A DNA stretch of 64,000 bases, from contig OZ220495.1 of NCBI GenBank assembly GCA_965116225.1, positions 2,261,405 to 2,325,404 of the forward strand, written 5' to 3'. Each line of letters begins with the position of its first letter. The first letter of the stretch is position 1. Positions 1 to 10,414 of this stretch are shown piece by piece. A model generated the notes under the pieces. It had not been told where the DNA came from and made no database searches. It saw only the letters and a list, made by a program, of their open reading frames with translations. A program made the position numbers and the translations under genes. The stretch comes from Dehalococcoidia bacterium (GTDB lineage: Bacteria; Chloroflexota; Dehalococcoidia; Bin125).

Positions 1-741
1 ATCATCTCCGACGGTGAGCCATACCTCCAGGACGTGCTCAACGCCCGCACGATGGCGATGTCGGAGCAGATGAACCTGCCGCTGATGGATATCTGTTCTA
101 CCTGTGTCGGCGTTCACCGGCTCGCCGCGGAGAAATTCCGCGACGTCGATTACCGCATCCGCATCAATCACCACCTCGCGCCTGAGGGACTCGAATATCG
201 CGGCACCGCCGATCCCCGTCACCTGCTCTGGATTCTGCTAGAAGATGTCGGCGTTGACAGGATCAACTCGTTGATCAGGAAGCCGCTGGAAGAACTCAGC
301 CTCGGCCCGTTCTACGGTTGTTACATCATTCGTCCTGAGCGCACGCTCGACTTCGAGGCGCACCCGACCCGTCGGAACAGTCTCGAGCAACTGATCGAGC
401 TGCTCGGTGCGACATCGGTCACCTACGACGGCATGACCAAGTGCTGCGGTTTCCCGATCCTGACCATGAACAAGAAGAACTCGCTGACGATGGCAGGCAC
501 GCACCTCGATGAGGCGCAGTCAAAAGGCGCCGACGCGCTGGTCACGCCCTGTCCACTCTGTCATCTCAACCTCGACGCGCAGCAGCCGGACGCAGCCAAG
601 GTGATTGACCGTAACCTCAATCTACCGATCTTGCACGTGCCGCAACTGCTCGGCCTGGCAATGGGTATCGAGCCGGAGAAGCTCGGCCTCACCCGCCACG
701 TGGTTGACACTAACCGCCTGCTCAACAAAATCGGCGTCTAG
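1..741 (+). CDS. Cysteine-rich CCG-domain (Fe-S)-binding protein, HdrB/GlcF/LutA-like (5' partial; reading frame open to window start)
   Basis: Frame 1 is open from nt 1. Two CCG-type Cys clusters (TKCCGFP...; TPCPLCHLNLD) typical of heterodisulfide reductase subunit B-like domains. Confidence 0.6.
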   Translation: MISDGEPYLQDVLNARTMAMSEQMNLPLMDICSTCVGVHRLAAEKFRDVDYRIRINHHLAPEGLEYRGTADPRHLLWILLEDVGVDRINSLIRKPLEELSLGPFYGCYIIRPERTLDFEAHPTRRNSLEQLIELLGATSVTYDGMTKCCGFPILTMNKKNSLTMAGTHLDEAQSKGADALVTPCPLCHLNLDAQQPDAAKVIDRNLNLPILHVPQLLGLAMGIEPEKLGLTRHVVDTNRLLNKIGV

Positions 742-786
742 CGTCGATCTGCGCAGCGTCATCCTCGCGCTTACGCGGGTTACTCG

Positions 787-822
787 CATTGCCCCCGACC
801 GGCGAACCGATCGGGGGCAATG
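787..822. terminator. Long GC-rich hairpin between convergent genes (cattgcccccgaccgg-cgaa-ccgatcgggggcaatg)
   Basis: Near-perfect inverted repeat of about 16 bp with a 4-nt loop, sitting between the stop of the + strand gene (741) and the stop of the - strand permease (976). Confidence 0.45.
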
Positions 823-975
823 CAGGCAATAGAGGGCGGTCAGCCGGAGAGATAACCGATATCTCCCATGCGGACATCGGTAGGCGGGCGGGGTGACAGT
901 TCTACCGACTGACAACGCAAATCCCTCCGCCATACAAGACGACACCGAGGTCCAAAAGGTTCCGAAGCCTCAGGC

Positions 976-1932
976 TCAGGCACCGGCCCCGGTCCCCCGC
1001 AGCCGCGGGTCGAGGACATCGCGCAGCGCGTCGCCGAGCAGGTTGAACGCCAGCACGATTAGGGTGATCGCCGCGCCTGGCGTCAGCGCGAGCCACGGCC
1101 AGCGATCGAGATTCCCGCGTTGGGTCGCCTCAAACAGGACGAAGCCCCAAGTCGGGTTCTCGGCTGAATTCGCGCCCAGTCCGAGGAATGACAACGCTGC
1201 TTCAGCCAGGATCGTGCCACCGATCGTGACCGAAGCGATGACTAGAATCGGCGCCATGATGTTGGGGAGAATGTGGCGAGTGATAACCCGGACGGGGCCG
1301 GCGCCAATCGTCCGTGCGGCTTCGATGTACGTGTTCTCGAGCGTGGAAAACACAGTGCCGCGCACCACGCGTTGCGTCCCGGGTATGAGGAAAATGACAA
1401 TTACCAGAATCACCGTCGTCATACTTGGGGTAAGCACGGTCACCAGCGTCATCATCAACAACAGCGGCGGGAGTGCCTGAAATGCGTCGGAGATCCGCTG
1501 GAGTAGGAGATCAGTGATACCTCCCGCGTAGGCGGAGATCATGCCGGTGATCATCCCGCCAAGGATGCCAAGGCCAGTCGCCACGATGCCGATGATGATC
1601 GCCGGGCGTGCGCCGAAAATGATGCGGCTAAACAGGTCGCGTCCCAGAGAATCGGTGCCGGCAATGTGATCGGGCCAGCTTGGCGCCGCGAGCTTGTTGA
1701 GGATGTTGGTCTCGCTGGCGGCATAGGGGGAGAAGCCCGGAATGATCGTGCTGCCGCCGATCTTGATGTCCTGCCCGAAAATGGCGGCCATGATCAGGAT
1801 GATGATGAACAATCCGCCAATAGCGCCGAGCGGCTTGTTGCGAGCGTGCCGACTCCATGTGTTCCACCAAGAAGCACGGTCAGATCGCAGCGGGCTTGCG
1901 AGAGATTCCGCGGGTTCAGCGATACTCGACAT
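976..1932 (-). CDS. ABC transporter permease, DppC/OppC-type (binding-protein-dependent inner membrane component)
   Basis: 318-aa ORF with multiple hydrophobic helices and the conserved DppC/OppC-like core; third gene of an SBP-permease-permease order. Confidence 0.8.
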   Translation of the reverse strand: MSSIAEPAESLASPLRSDRASWWNTWSRHARNKPLGAIGGLFIIILIMAAIFGQDIKIGGSTIIPGFSPYAASETNILNKLAAPSWPDHIAGTDSLGRDLFSRIIFGARPAIIIGIVATGLGILGGMITGMISAYAGGITDLLLQRISDAFQALPPLLLMMTLVTVLTPSMTTVILVIVIFLIPGTQRVVRGTVFSTLENTYIEAARTIGAGPVRVITRHILPNIMAPILVIASVTIGGTILAEAALSFLGLGANSAENPTWGFVLFEATQRGNLDRWPWLALTPGAAITLIVLAFNLLGDALRDVLDPRLRGTGAGA

Positions 1933-1956
1933 CTCAGTTTCGTTTCTGACTTACGC

Positions 1957-2919
1957 TTACGAGTAGCGAATCCGCGGATCGAGCCAGGCGTAGCTCAGAT
2001 CAACGAGGATGTTGATGAACACGACCCCGAATCCGACGACCAACGAGATTCCCAGCACCAGAGTGAAGTCCACCTGGCGGATAGCGCGCACGGCCAGCGC
2101 GCCGATCCCGTCGATGCGGAAGATGAATTCCACGATGACCGCGCCGCTGATCAGGAAGGCAAACTGGTTGGCGAAGATCGTGATCACCGGTATCAGCGAG
2201 TTACGAATCACGTGTCGCACAATGATCGCCCGCTCGGCGAGCCCCTTCGCCCGCGCAGTGCGCACATAGTCTTCGTTGACGACCTCCAGCACCGTCGAGC
2301 GCTGCATGCGCATCACTGTCGCCATCAGCGATGCCGACAGGACCAGCGCCGGCGCAATCAGCCCCTCAAGATTCCTGCCGACGCCGTCCCAGATGTAGGG
2401 CGGATCGAGCGTTGATAACGATACATCGAGCCAGGCAGCGCTGAAGGTCACCACGAGTACAGCGAGGAAGAAATTGGGCACGGCAAGGCCGAGGATCGCA
2501 AAGACGCGCGAGGCATAGTCCCCCACTCCTCCTTGCCTTACCGCTGAGAACACACCGATCGGCACGGCGATCATGCCCGAGAGCAACGTGGCCATGATCA
2601 CGAGTTGGATACTGCGGGGCAAGCGGTCTTGGATTTCCCCCCAAACCGGCAGGCTCGTGGCGAACGACTTACCCAGATCGCCATTGAGCGCGTTCCAGAG
2701 CCAGTTACCGTAGCGCTCAAACACCGGCTTATCGAGGCCGATATCCTTCTCGTACTGCTCGATCTGTTCCGGTGTCAGATTCGCGCCCTGTGGGCTCTGG
2801 TTGAGCAGGCGGGTCAACGTGTTGCCGGGTACCGCGTTCACGAGCATGAAGACGATGAACGACAGCAGTAGCAGAACGAACAGCGCACCAATAATCCGGC
2901 GGATGATGTAGCCGGTCAT
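1957..2919 (-). CDS. ABC transporter permease, DppB/OppB-type
   Basis: Starts MTGYIIRRIIGALFVLLLLSFIVFML..., a classic DppB N-terminus. GGAGG sits 6 nt upstream of the ATG at 2919. Confidence 0.8.
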   Translation of the reverse strand: MTGYIIRRIIGALFVLLLLSFIVFMLVNAVPGNTLTRLLNQSPQGANLTPEQIEQYEKDIGLDKPVFERYGNWLWNALNGDLGKSFATSLPVWGEIQDRLPRSIQLVIMATLLSGMIAVPIGVFSAVRQGGVGDYASRVFAILGLAVPNFFLAVLVVTFSAAWLDVSLSTLDPPYIWDGVGRNLEGLIAPALVLSASLMATVMRMQRSTVLEVVNEDYVRTARAKGLAERAIIVRHVIRNSLIPVITIFANQFAFLISGAVIVEFIFRIDGIGALAVRAIRQVDFTLVLGISLVVGFGVVFINILVDLSYAWLDPRIRYS

Positions 2920-3003
2920 CCCATCCTCCGCGGTTAGCCCACACAAGGGGCCATCCGCTCATGAACCGTCAGCTGACGGCTTTGAGCGGACGGATCGGTG
3001 GCC

Positions 3004-4956
3004 CTAGACGTTGTTCTTCCAGATCCGCTCAGTGTTGGTCGCGCCCCAGCCCGGGTTCCATGCGTTGTACGTGTCCATCTGGCCGAACAGGTATTCGCGC
3101 CGTGCGGTCATGCGGTACGGATTGACGCAGAAGATGCGCCACATGTTCTCGAGCTCCCGCACGCGGATCTGCTCGAGAATCTCGGATCGCTTCTCAACAT
3201 CTAGTTCCTGTCGTTGTTCGACTGTCCACCGGTCCACATCCGAGTCATTGATGCCGTAGATGTTGCCTGGGCTCTCGGAGTGCATGCGGCCATAAGCCAG
3301 ACCGTCGGCATCCATCTCACTGCCGACCAGCCAAGTGAACAGAGTGTCGCTGTACTCCTTGGTGAACAGGAGAGATAGCCAGGATTCCCACTCGATCTGC
3401 TCGTGCTCGATCTTGGCCCCAAGGTTCCGGGTCCATTGGTCTACGACCAGCAGGAAGTGATCGAGGTAAAAGCCGGGTACCGTGTGGAACGCTGCTTTGA
3501 ATGACAGCGGATTGCTCTCGTTGAATCCAGCGGCGTCGAGCAGCTTGCGTCCCTCGGCGGCGTTGAAGATGTGGAAATCGCCCAACTCTTCGAAGGTCCA
3601 AGGCCACTCACGGAACCCCCAAGGCGATCGCTCGTCCCTAAAGAAGGTCCAGTTCTGACCATAACCGCCGGCGGCAAGGCCGTAGTAGACACCGGCTGCC
3701 TGCTCGTCGCGGTTCATGCCGAGCGAGAGCGCTTGCCGAACACGGGGGTCATTGAATGGCTCGGCGGTCAGATCCTTGAAGGTCATGTGTGGCTGCCAGC
3801 CGGGCGGCGGTGCCGTGACCTGTACGACCATGTCAGGGTGCTGGTCGATTGCGCGGTCGTACTCGGTGATGTCTTGCAGCCGAATCCAGTCGGTCTCGCC
3901 GGTTTCCCAGGCTGCCCACTCGGACTCACGCTGATTGGCGAAGTCGAGCCCATGAATGTTGTCGATATACGGTAGTTGCATGCCCGTGCGAGGGTCGAGT
4001 TTGTGGTATCCGGGGTGCCGACTGCCGCGCCATTCCGAACCGGTGGTTGCGCTGTCGAGTTGGAATGGGCCTGTGCCGACTGTGTTCTCCGCCAGGTCGA
4101 GCAGGCTCGGCTCCTCAACGAACTCCGGCGCAATCACCGTGTGGAATGGGTTCATCATGTTATTGAGTAGATACGCGGCCGGCTCCGACAGATTGAAGCG
4201 GACGCTGTTGCTCGAATTGTCGTAGTCGATCGACTTGACAGCCGTGTACGAAGACGCCTGTACGCGGCCTTCCTCGCGTAGGGCGTCATAGGCGATCTTC
4301 ACGTCCTCCGCGGTCATGGCGCGACCATTAACAGGCGGCTTGTCCTGCCAGGTGACGTTGTCCAGGAGTTGGAAGACCACTGTGGTCGGCTCGGGAATTT
4401 CCCACCCCACGGCGAGGTCGCCCTCGTTGATGTAGTAGTGGGCGTTCGCATAGTCGTCCATCGGGAAGACAACCAGCTGACTGTAGAACATCGGTGCGAA
4501 GGCGGCCATGAGGCTGGCGTTCGGTCCCAGCACATTCCAGTTCGCCGGCGCGGAGTGCGCGAGGGTCCAGGTGCCGCCGTACTTGGGGCCGTCGGCCTGA
4601 CCGGGGAGGTTCTGCAGCTTCGACCAGTGGTACCGCAGGCGCCACTCTTCTTCGGGCGTTAGCGACATTGCCTCTTCTTCAGCGGTCAGCTGACCGGGCA
4701 GCAGCGCGACTGCCTGCTCGTCGTCGGCCTCTTGCTGTGTAGGGGCTTGTTGCGTCGCCGCCCCTTGCGCTTGCTGCTGCGCCTGCTGCTGTTCGGGCTG
4801 TATCTGCGCGGCGGCCTGCTGGTCGTCGTCGTCATCGCCGCAGCCGACCAATGCCAGACCCGCCGCGCCGACGCCGGCTCGCGCCGATGCGGAGATCAGC
4901 GAGCGGCGGCTCAGCCGCTTGCGCTGCATTCGCTTCCAGTAGTTACGTTCCGACAT
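3004..4956 (-). CDS. ABC transporter substrate-binding protein, family 5 (peptide/nickel/oligosaccharide), Tat/lipoprotein-type signal
   Basis: 650 aa. N-terminus has RRSLISASARAGVGAAGLALVGCGDDDD (twin-arginine plus lipobox-like Cys) followed by a Gln/Ala-rich linker and an SBP_bac_5-like body. Confidence 0.8.
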   Translation of the reverse strand: MSERNYWKRMQRKRLSRRSLISASARAGVGAAGLALVGCGDDDDDQQAAAQIQPEQQQAQQQAQGAATQQAPTQQEADDEQAVALLPGQLTAEEEAMSLTPEEEWRLRYHWSKLQNLPGQADGPKYGGTWTLAHSAPANWNVLGPNASLMAAFAPMFYSQLVVFPMDDYANAHYYINEGDLAVGWEIPEPTTVVFQLLDNVTWQDKPPVNGRAMTAEDVKIAYDALREEGRVQASSYTAVKSIDYDNSSNSVRFNLSEPAAYLLNNMMNPFHTVIAPEFVEEPSLLDLAENTVGTGPFQLDSATTGSEWRGSRHPGYHKLDPRTGMQLPYIDNIHGLDFANQRESEWAAWETGETDWIRLQDITEYDRAIDQHPDMVVQVTAPPPGWQPHMTFKDLTAEPFNDPRVRQALSLGMNRDEQAAGVYYGLAAGGYGQNWTFFRDERSPWGFREWPWTFEELGDFHIFNAAEGRKLLDAAGFNESNPLSFKAAFHTVPGFYLDHFLLVVDQWTRNLGAKIEHEQIEWESWLSLLFTKEYSDTLFTWLVGSEMDADGLAYGRMHSESPGNIYGINDSDVDRWTVEQRQELDVEKRSEILEQIRVRELENMWRIFCVNPYRMTARREYLFGQMDTYNAWNPGWGATNTERIWKNNV

Positions 4957-5041
4957 GGTCTCGCTCCTCGCGTGTCTCAATCGCTCATATGCGAGCGTCC
5001 GCCCGGTTGGCGCTGGTTTCGCGTTCGCATAAGATAGCGCT

Positions 5042-5572
5042 TTGTCAACGTGTTTGCACAGGATGCGCAGGAGATGTCAAGTGGACGCTGCCGAGCAGAT
5101 CGAATCGCGGGTGCGAGGCTTCCTCGCAGCAGTCGGCATCGCCTATGAAACGATCGCCTGCCGCCCTGACCAGGCAGACACGGCGATCTTCTGCAAGGTC
5201 TTTGGTATCGCGCTGGAAGCGTCCGTCAACACGATCCTCGTCGCCTCGAAGAAGGAACCAAAACAGTATGCCGCGTGTCTGGCGTTGGCCCACACCCGAC
5301 TCGACGTCAATCGCGCGGTGCGTAAGGAATTGGGTGTCCGCAAGTGCTCGTTCGCCTCATTCGAGGAGACGGAAGCGGTCACCGGCATGCTCTCCGGCGG
5401 GGTGGTGCCGTTCGCGCTACCGCCCGAGATTCCCATCCTGATCGACGCGCGCATCGCGGGCGACGATGTGATGTGGCTGGGCGGCGGCAGTCGCTCGCTC
5501 AAGATCGGTGTGCGAGGGGACGATCTGGCGCGTTTGCCCAACGCCCGAATCGTTGAGGGGCTGGCCAGCTAG
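5042..5572 (+). CDS. YbaK/ProX-type aminoacyl-tRNA deacylase (Cys-tRNA(Pro)/Ala-tRNA(Pro) editing domain protein)
   Basis: About 170 aa with the YbaK/EbsC editing-domain pattern (...SGGVVPFALP...ILIDAR...). Exact start is uncertain. Confidence 0.55.
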   Translation: MSTCLHRMRRRCQVDAAEQIESRVRGFLAAVGIAYETIACRPDQADTAIFCKVFGIALEASVNTILVASKKEPKQYAACLALAHTRLDVNRAVRKELGVRKCSFASFEETEAVTGMLSGGVVPFALPPEIPILIDARIAGDDVMWLGGGSRSLKIGVRGDDLARLPNARIVEGLAS

Positions 5573-6588
5573 ATCGCCCTTGGATTGACGCTATCAGCGG
5601 CGAGTTCCCGTTCGAGCGCCACGATCTCGTCGAGCGGCACCGAGCCGTCGCGTAGACCGGAGCGGTGCGCGCGCTTGGCGATCAACTGCACGGCGCGATT
5701 CGCCGGTGTGGGCACGCCACGTTCCAGACCGAGCAGGACGATCTCGCCGTTCAGCCAGTCCGTCTCGATACCGGGTCGTCCACGTCTGAACGACTGCCAG
5801 GTCGAACTGCCGCCTCGCTCGACGCCGGGAATCTCGCCGGCGGTAAAGGTCGCCGCGCGACGCTCGCCGATCTCCGCCCGCGACGCGTAGTCGATGCCCG
5901 CAGACTCGTAGCAGGCGACTGCCTCGTCGCGCATCCGTCGCATGAAGGCGCGGACATTGCCGACGCCCGCGCGGAGGGCGTCTTCGCCGCAGAGCGCGCC
6001 GACGGCATTGCCGAGGTTGTCCAGCAACTTGCCGTACTTGAGTCGCAACACGTTCGGATCCGGTGCCGCGTTGAACCCGGCCGCCGAAAGGTCGGCGCAC
6101 AGCTGCGTGACAGTCTCGTCGACGCCATAAGGAAACCGACCGCTGTCCAGCAACCCTGGCTTGGGCGCGCCGAACAGCGCGATCTCGCCTGGGATCAAGA
6201 ACGTCGCCGGCATCACGACCAACATGCCGTAGACATTGAGAAATCGCCGCGCCACCGCGCGTTCGTTGGCGACGCCATTTTGCCCGCAGACGATGGGCAG
6301 CTCGGGACCCGCGTGACGCTCGAGGTCATCCAGAGCGTTGGCGGTGTCCTGGCTCTTCATGGTCAGGATCACCACGTCGCCGTCGCCGAACGAGAGATCG
6401 GATGGGTGTTCGACTGCATGGACGGCGACGTGGTGCTCATCATCCGGACGCCGGACCAGGAGTCCGCGATCCTGCATCGCTTCGAGGTGCGGCCCGCGTG
6501 CGATCAGGACGACTTCGCAGCCCGCCAGTTGTAATAGCGCGCCGATTCCGCCACCGATCCCGCCGGCACCGTAGATGATGTACCGCAT
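5569..6588 (-). CDS. 2-dehydropantoate 2-reductase (ketopantoate reductase, ApbA/PanE family)
   Basis: N-terminal Rossmann motif IYGAGGIGGGIG and a KPR-type C-terminal domain (ETDWLNGEIV...). Confidence 0.75.
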   Translation of the reverse strand: MRYIIYGAGGIGGGIGALLQLAGCEVVLIARGPHLEAMQDRGLLVRRPDDEHHVAVHAVEHPSDLSFGDGDVVILTMKSQDTANALDDLERHAGPELPIVCGQNGVANERAVARRFLNVYGMLVVMPATFLIPGEIALFGAPKPGLLDSGRFPYGVDETVTQLCADLSAAGFNAAPDPNVLRLKYGKLLDNLGNAVGALCGEDALRAGVGNVRAFMRRMRDEAVACYESAGIDYASRAEIGERRAATFTAGEIPGVERGGSSTWQSFRRGRPGIETDWLNGEIVLLGLERGVPTPANRAVQLIAKRAHRSGLRDGSVPLDEIVALERELAADSVNPRAI

Positions 6589-6791
6589 GTTGACGTCCTC
6601 AGGCCTGACTTCGTCTCATTGTCGGCGCACACAGTCCGGACAGTCTGCGCTCTGAGCAGTCTGAAAGGCGAGCCGCGACCGATCAAGCTGCTCAGGCTTC
6701 AAGTGCGCATCGCCCGCGCGTGGCGCCTGTATCGGCCGGGGCGGGGCTACCATAATCAAGCGACCGCGAACCAACACTCGGAGCGCATGCG

Positions 6792-9056
6792 ATGCCCCCA
6801 CAGGCAATACCTCCCCAGATCGATGGCGAGCTCCAGATCGACGGCCTCGAGGCACCGGTTCGCATTGTCCGCGACCGTTGGGGCGTGCCGCACGCCGAGG
6901 CGCAGTCGGCGCGCGACGCCTTCTTCGCTCAGGGCTTCTGTCTGGGGCAAGATCGTGGTTGGCAACTCGAGCTCTACCGCCATATGGCTCACGGCCGGGC
7001 CGCGTTACTGCTCAACAAAGGACTGCTACGCATCGACAGAATGAACCGCACGCTCGGTTTCGGTCGCGATGCCGCGCGCGAGTGGGAGGAGCAGTCCGGC
7101 GAGGCGCGGATGATCCTGCAGGCCTACGCTGACGGGGTCAACGCTGCCATCGCCGTCGGTCCTGCCCCAGTTGAGTTCGCCCTACTCGAACACGTGATGC
7201 AGCCCTGGTCGCCCGTCGACTCGCTCGCGATTCTGAAGATGGTCTCGGCAAACGCCCATTGGGCGACCAAGATCGGCAACGGCGAGATTGCCGCGCGACT
7301 TGGCGTCGAGGCGCTGCAAGCGCTGATCCCGGATGTGCCCGCCGACGCCGCTCTGATCGCGCCGGCCGGATCGTCCTGGACCAACGGTGGGCACGCGTTC
7401 GCCGATGCGCTGGCCGATCTCGAAGCCGAGCCGGGCACGCGACGCGGCGCGCTCGACGGCTCGAACTGCTGGGTGATCGATGGCGCTCATACGGCCAGCG
7501 GTAAGCCGCTTGTAGTCGGCGATCCGCATCTCGCCTTCAGCGTACCGCCGCAGTGGTTCGTGATGCACATGCAGTGCCCCGAATTCACCGTCGCCGGACC
7601 GTGCAGCCCCGGATATCCAGGCCCGATCTACTACGGGCATAATCTGCGGATCGCCTGGACGATGACCCACGCCCAGGGCGACCGCTGGGATGTCTACCGC
7701 GAACGCATCGCGCGTAACAGAAGCGGTCCGTCGGCCAAGTGGCTCGACGGCGAGGAACCGCTGGCGCGCCGCGACGACGTGATCGAGATCCGCGGTGAGG
7801 AGTCGGTGACGCATACGATCTGGTCAACTCGCCACGGCCCCGTCGTGCACGGCGATCCTGAGATTGACGACGAAGTCATGGCGGCGCGGTTTGCGCTCGC
7901 GGAGCCGTGCCATGACTTCGACGGCATGATGACCGTGTTGACCGCCGACAGCATCTACGAGGCGCGTCAAGGCTTCCGCCGCTACGACTCGATTTCCGGC
8001 AACTTCTGTTTCGCTGATCAGCAGGGCGAGATCGGCTATCAATATAGTGGGCGGATCCCGGTCCGCGGCGCCAACCTCACCCCGGTCAACGGCTGGGACG
8101 GCGAGCACGAGTGGGATGGCGAAATCCCCCCCGATGAGCTGCCGCAGGATGTGAACCCGGACAGCGGCCTGATTATCACCGCAAACAACCGCACCACAAC
8201 GCCCGACTATCCCTATTACCTCAGCTTCAGCCAAACGCCTTATCGAGCCGATCGACTACGTGAACTGCTGCAGGGCCGCGACGATTGGTCGGCGAACGAC
8301 ATGCCGCGGATCCAATCGGATCAGACCAGCATCCACGCTCGCTACGTCGCCGAGCGCGTCGACGCAGCTCGTGTCAATGGTGCTGCGGCGGATCTGGCGT
8401 CGATGCTGGCAGATTGGGATGGGCGCTTGGCCATCGACTCCGCGCCGGCGCTGCTCTACCAGCAAGTCTGCCAGGAGATGATTCAACGCACGGTTCGCCC
8501 GTACTTCGGCGCGCCGGCGCGATTGGTCGAGGGTTCCGCGGATGAGCTACGTATTCTGCACGAGCAGCTGCGCGCGGACAGCGCCCTGATGCTGCCAGCG
8601 GGTAAGTCTTGGCGCGACATCATTGGCGAGTCGTTGGTCGCCGCAGGCGAGACGCTCATCGATCGGTACGGTGCCAATCACACGAACTGGCGCTACGGCG
8701 ACGCGCACTCGGTCACCTGGCGACACAACCTGGGCCGCGACCCGGAGCGCGCCGTTCGCTTCAACGTCGGCGACTTCGCCAAAGGCGGAGACGGCAACAC
8801 GCCGAACAACGCGACCGGCCTCGTCAATCAGCCCGCCGACCATGGTGTCAGCTACCGACAGATTTTCGATCTGTCCAATCTCAACGGCGCGCGTATCGTC
8901 CTGCCGCCGGGCAACTCAGGTCGTCCCGACAGTCCGCACTACCGCGACCACATCCACAAGTGGCTTGAGATGGAGTACTTCCCGCTCTACGTCGAGTGGG
9001 ACGACATCGAGGCCAACAGCGAGGGGACGCTAAATCTGTGTCCCCTCGCTGACTGA
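6792..9056 (+). CDS. Penicillin amidase/acylase family Ntn-hydrolase (S45), no signal peptide
   Basis: 754 aa. N-terminal VRIVRDRWGVPHAEA motif and an internal SNCWVIDG (Ser nucleophile of the beta subunit), characteristic of the penicillin G/AHL acylase family. Confidence 0.85.
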   Translation: MPPQAIPPQIDGELQIDGLEAPVRIVRDRWGVPHAEAQSARDAFFAQGFCLGQDRGWQLELYRHMAHGRAALLLNKGLLRIDRMNRTLGFGRDAAREWEEQSGEARMILQAYADGVNAAIAVGPAPVEFALLEHVMQPWSPVDSLAILKMVSANAHWATKIGNGEIAARLGVEALQALIPDVPADAALIAPAGSSWTNGGHAFADALADLEAEPGTRRGALDGSNCWVIDGAHTASGKPLVVGDPHLAFSVPPQWFVMHMQCPEFTVAGPCSPGYPGPIYYGHNLRIAWTMTHAQGDRWDVYRERIARNRSGPSAKWLDGEEPLARRDDVIEIRGEESVTHTIWSTRHGPVVHGDPEIDDEVMAARFALAEPCHDFDGMMTVLTADSIYEARQGFRRYDSISGNFCFADQQGEIGYQYSGRIPVRGANLTPVNGWDGEHEWDGEIPPDELPQDVNPDSGLIITANNRTTTPDYPYYLSFSQTPYRADRLRELLQGRDDWSANDMPRIQSDQTSIHARYVAERVDAARVNGAAADLASMLADWDGRLAIDSAPALLYQQVCQEMIQRTVRPYFGAPARLVEGSADELRILHEQLRADSALMLPAGKSWRDIIGESLVAAGETLIDRYGANHTNWRYGDAHSVTWRHNLGRDPERAVRFNVGDFAKGGDGNTPNNATGLVNQPADHGVSYRQIFDLSNLNGARIVLPPGNSGRPDSPHYRDHIHKWLEMEYFPLYVEWDDIEANSEGTLNLCPLAD

Positions 9057-9241
9057 CGTGCAGTCCGGCGTACCAACCGCTCCCGGTGACGGGGCGAGCT
9101 ACTCCTCGCCGCGGCTGTGTCCATGCCCGTTCATATCCTCGAGCAGGGTCCAATCGTTCGCGTCGGCGGCCCAGTCCAGCAGCGCTTCGAGTTGATCGGC
9201 GAGCGTCGCAACGCGCTTGCGGTCGTAGAGCAACGGATCCA

Positions 9242-10330
9242 TCAGTACCTTAGAGCCGCCCAGCCGCCCAGCACCAGGCTTGCGTCAATGCCGATTGTCT
9301 CATGGAATCCGATCATCCCGATCGCGCTGACAGCAAGGTAGCCCTGTAGCTCTGGAAGGTCCAGGATCGAAAACAGCAGATCGCCTTCGAGGATTCTGAG
9401 GGATAAACGTGATAATCCAGCCAACCGTGCCCAGCTCGATGTCGTGGCCTGAGTCTTCGATTGCCGCTTGCGTTGGCTTGACGAGTGCCGAGTTCAGCGT
9501 AAGCACGGCGGCACCTCGCCTTGAGCCAACCGGTCGGCGATCATCGTCTCGACTTGGTCGAGATTGGATAGCCCGGCCTGGTCGACTCGCAGGCGCTCGA
9601 CCGTTCCGCTGTAGGCGGTCTCCGCATGATCGCAGCGTTTTTCGAGACCCACATGGGCGGCTTCGTAAGTAACGCAGATCAAGGTCCCGGTCAAGCCGGC
9701 GTCAGCGAACGCCCGCCCCGCCATGTCGCCGGTAGCCGGATCGTCGAGACCGACGTGTTTGAGTTGCCATAGTCTGCGCCCTCCGAAGCGCCTGAATTGA
9801 AGGTGGCGATCTGTACGCCCGCCTCTCGAGCCGCGACGATAGTTGGTCCCACCACGTCTGGAGCAGCCAATGTCGTCCCAATCACCGCCGCGCCATCGGC
9901 GACGCACTTGTTGATCAGCTCGGCCTGCGCTGTGGGCGTTGCGCCCGACTCAACCCGCAGGTTCATCCTGAAGTCCGAAGCGGCCTCCTGTGCTGCGATA
10001 TGCGCGAGCCTCCAGAACTGCAAGTCCCCCGGCGTTCCATGATCGATCAGACAGACTAGGTCGCCGTCCAGGAAGAGTCCGGCCCGATGTTCACAGCACC
10101 GAACTATGCAGCCAGTCGCCTGGCTTTGCGTTTGCCGGCACGAACCGGGTTGCCGCCAGCAGCCGCTCGCCCCAGGCACCGCCCGCCTCGCGCTGTTGCA
10201 GCGCGACTTCGACATCGCCGTCGGCTTGGCGCTGCGCCACAATGCGCACTTCGCCGCTACCGATGTGATTCGCCAGCACCACGCTCAGCAGGAGTCCGAT
10301 CCCTACGCCGGACAGCAACATGCCCGCCAT
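9242..10330 (-). pseudogene. Decayed periplasmic sugar-binding protein (PBP1/RbsB-like ABC SBP) broken by several frameshifts
   Basis: Signal-peptide ORF (10091..10330, MAGMLLSGVGIGLLLSVVLA) followed in other frames by SBP-like segments (LIDHGTPGDLQFW...AELINKCVADGAAVIG...VQIATFNSGAS; ...LRVDQAG...; ...ELQGYLAVSAI...). These are split over at least four reading frames, and no permease or ATPase genes lie adjacent. Confidence 0.5.
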
Positions 10331-10414
10331 CCAGATCCATCTTGGTCATCGTATGTGTCTCATTGCGGTGCGCAACCCTTTTTTAGCTCAAGCGGCTCAG
10401 GTAGAGGTAATGTA

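Noticed and set aside
5665-6534. 289-aa + strand ORF
   Set aside because: Antisense to the ketopantoate reductase gene. No motifs. High-GC artefact.
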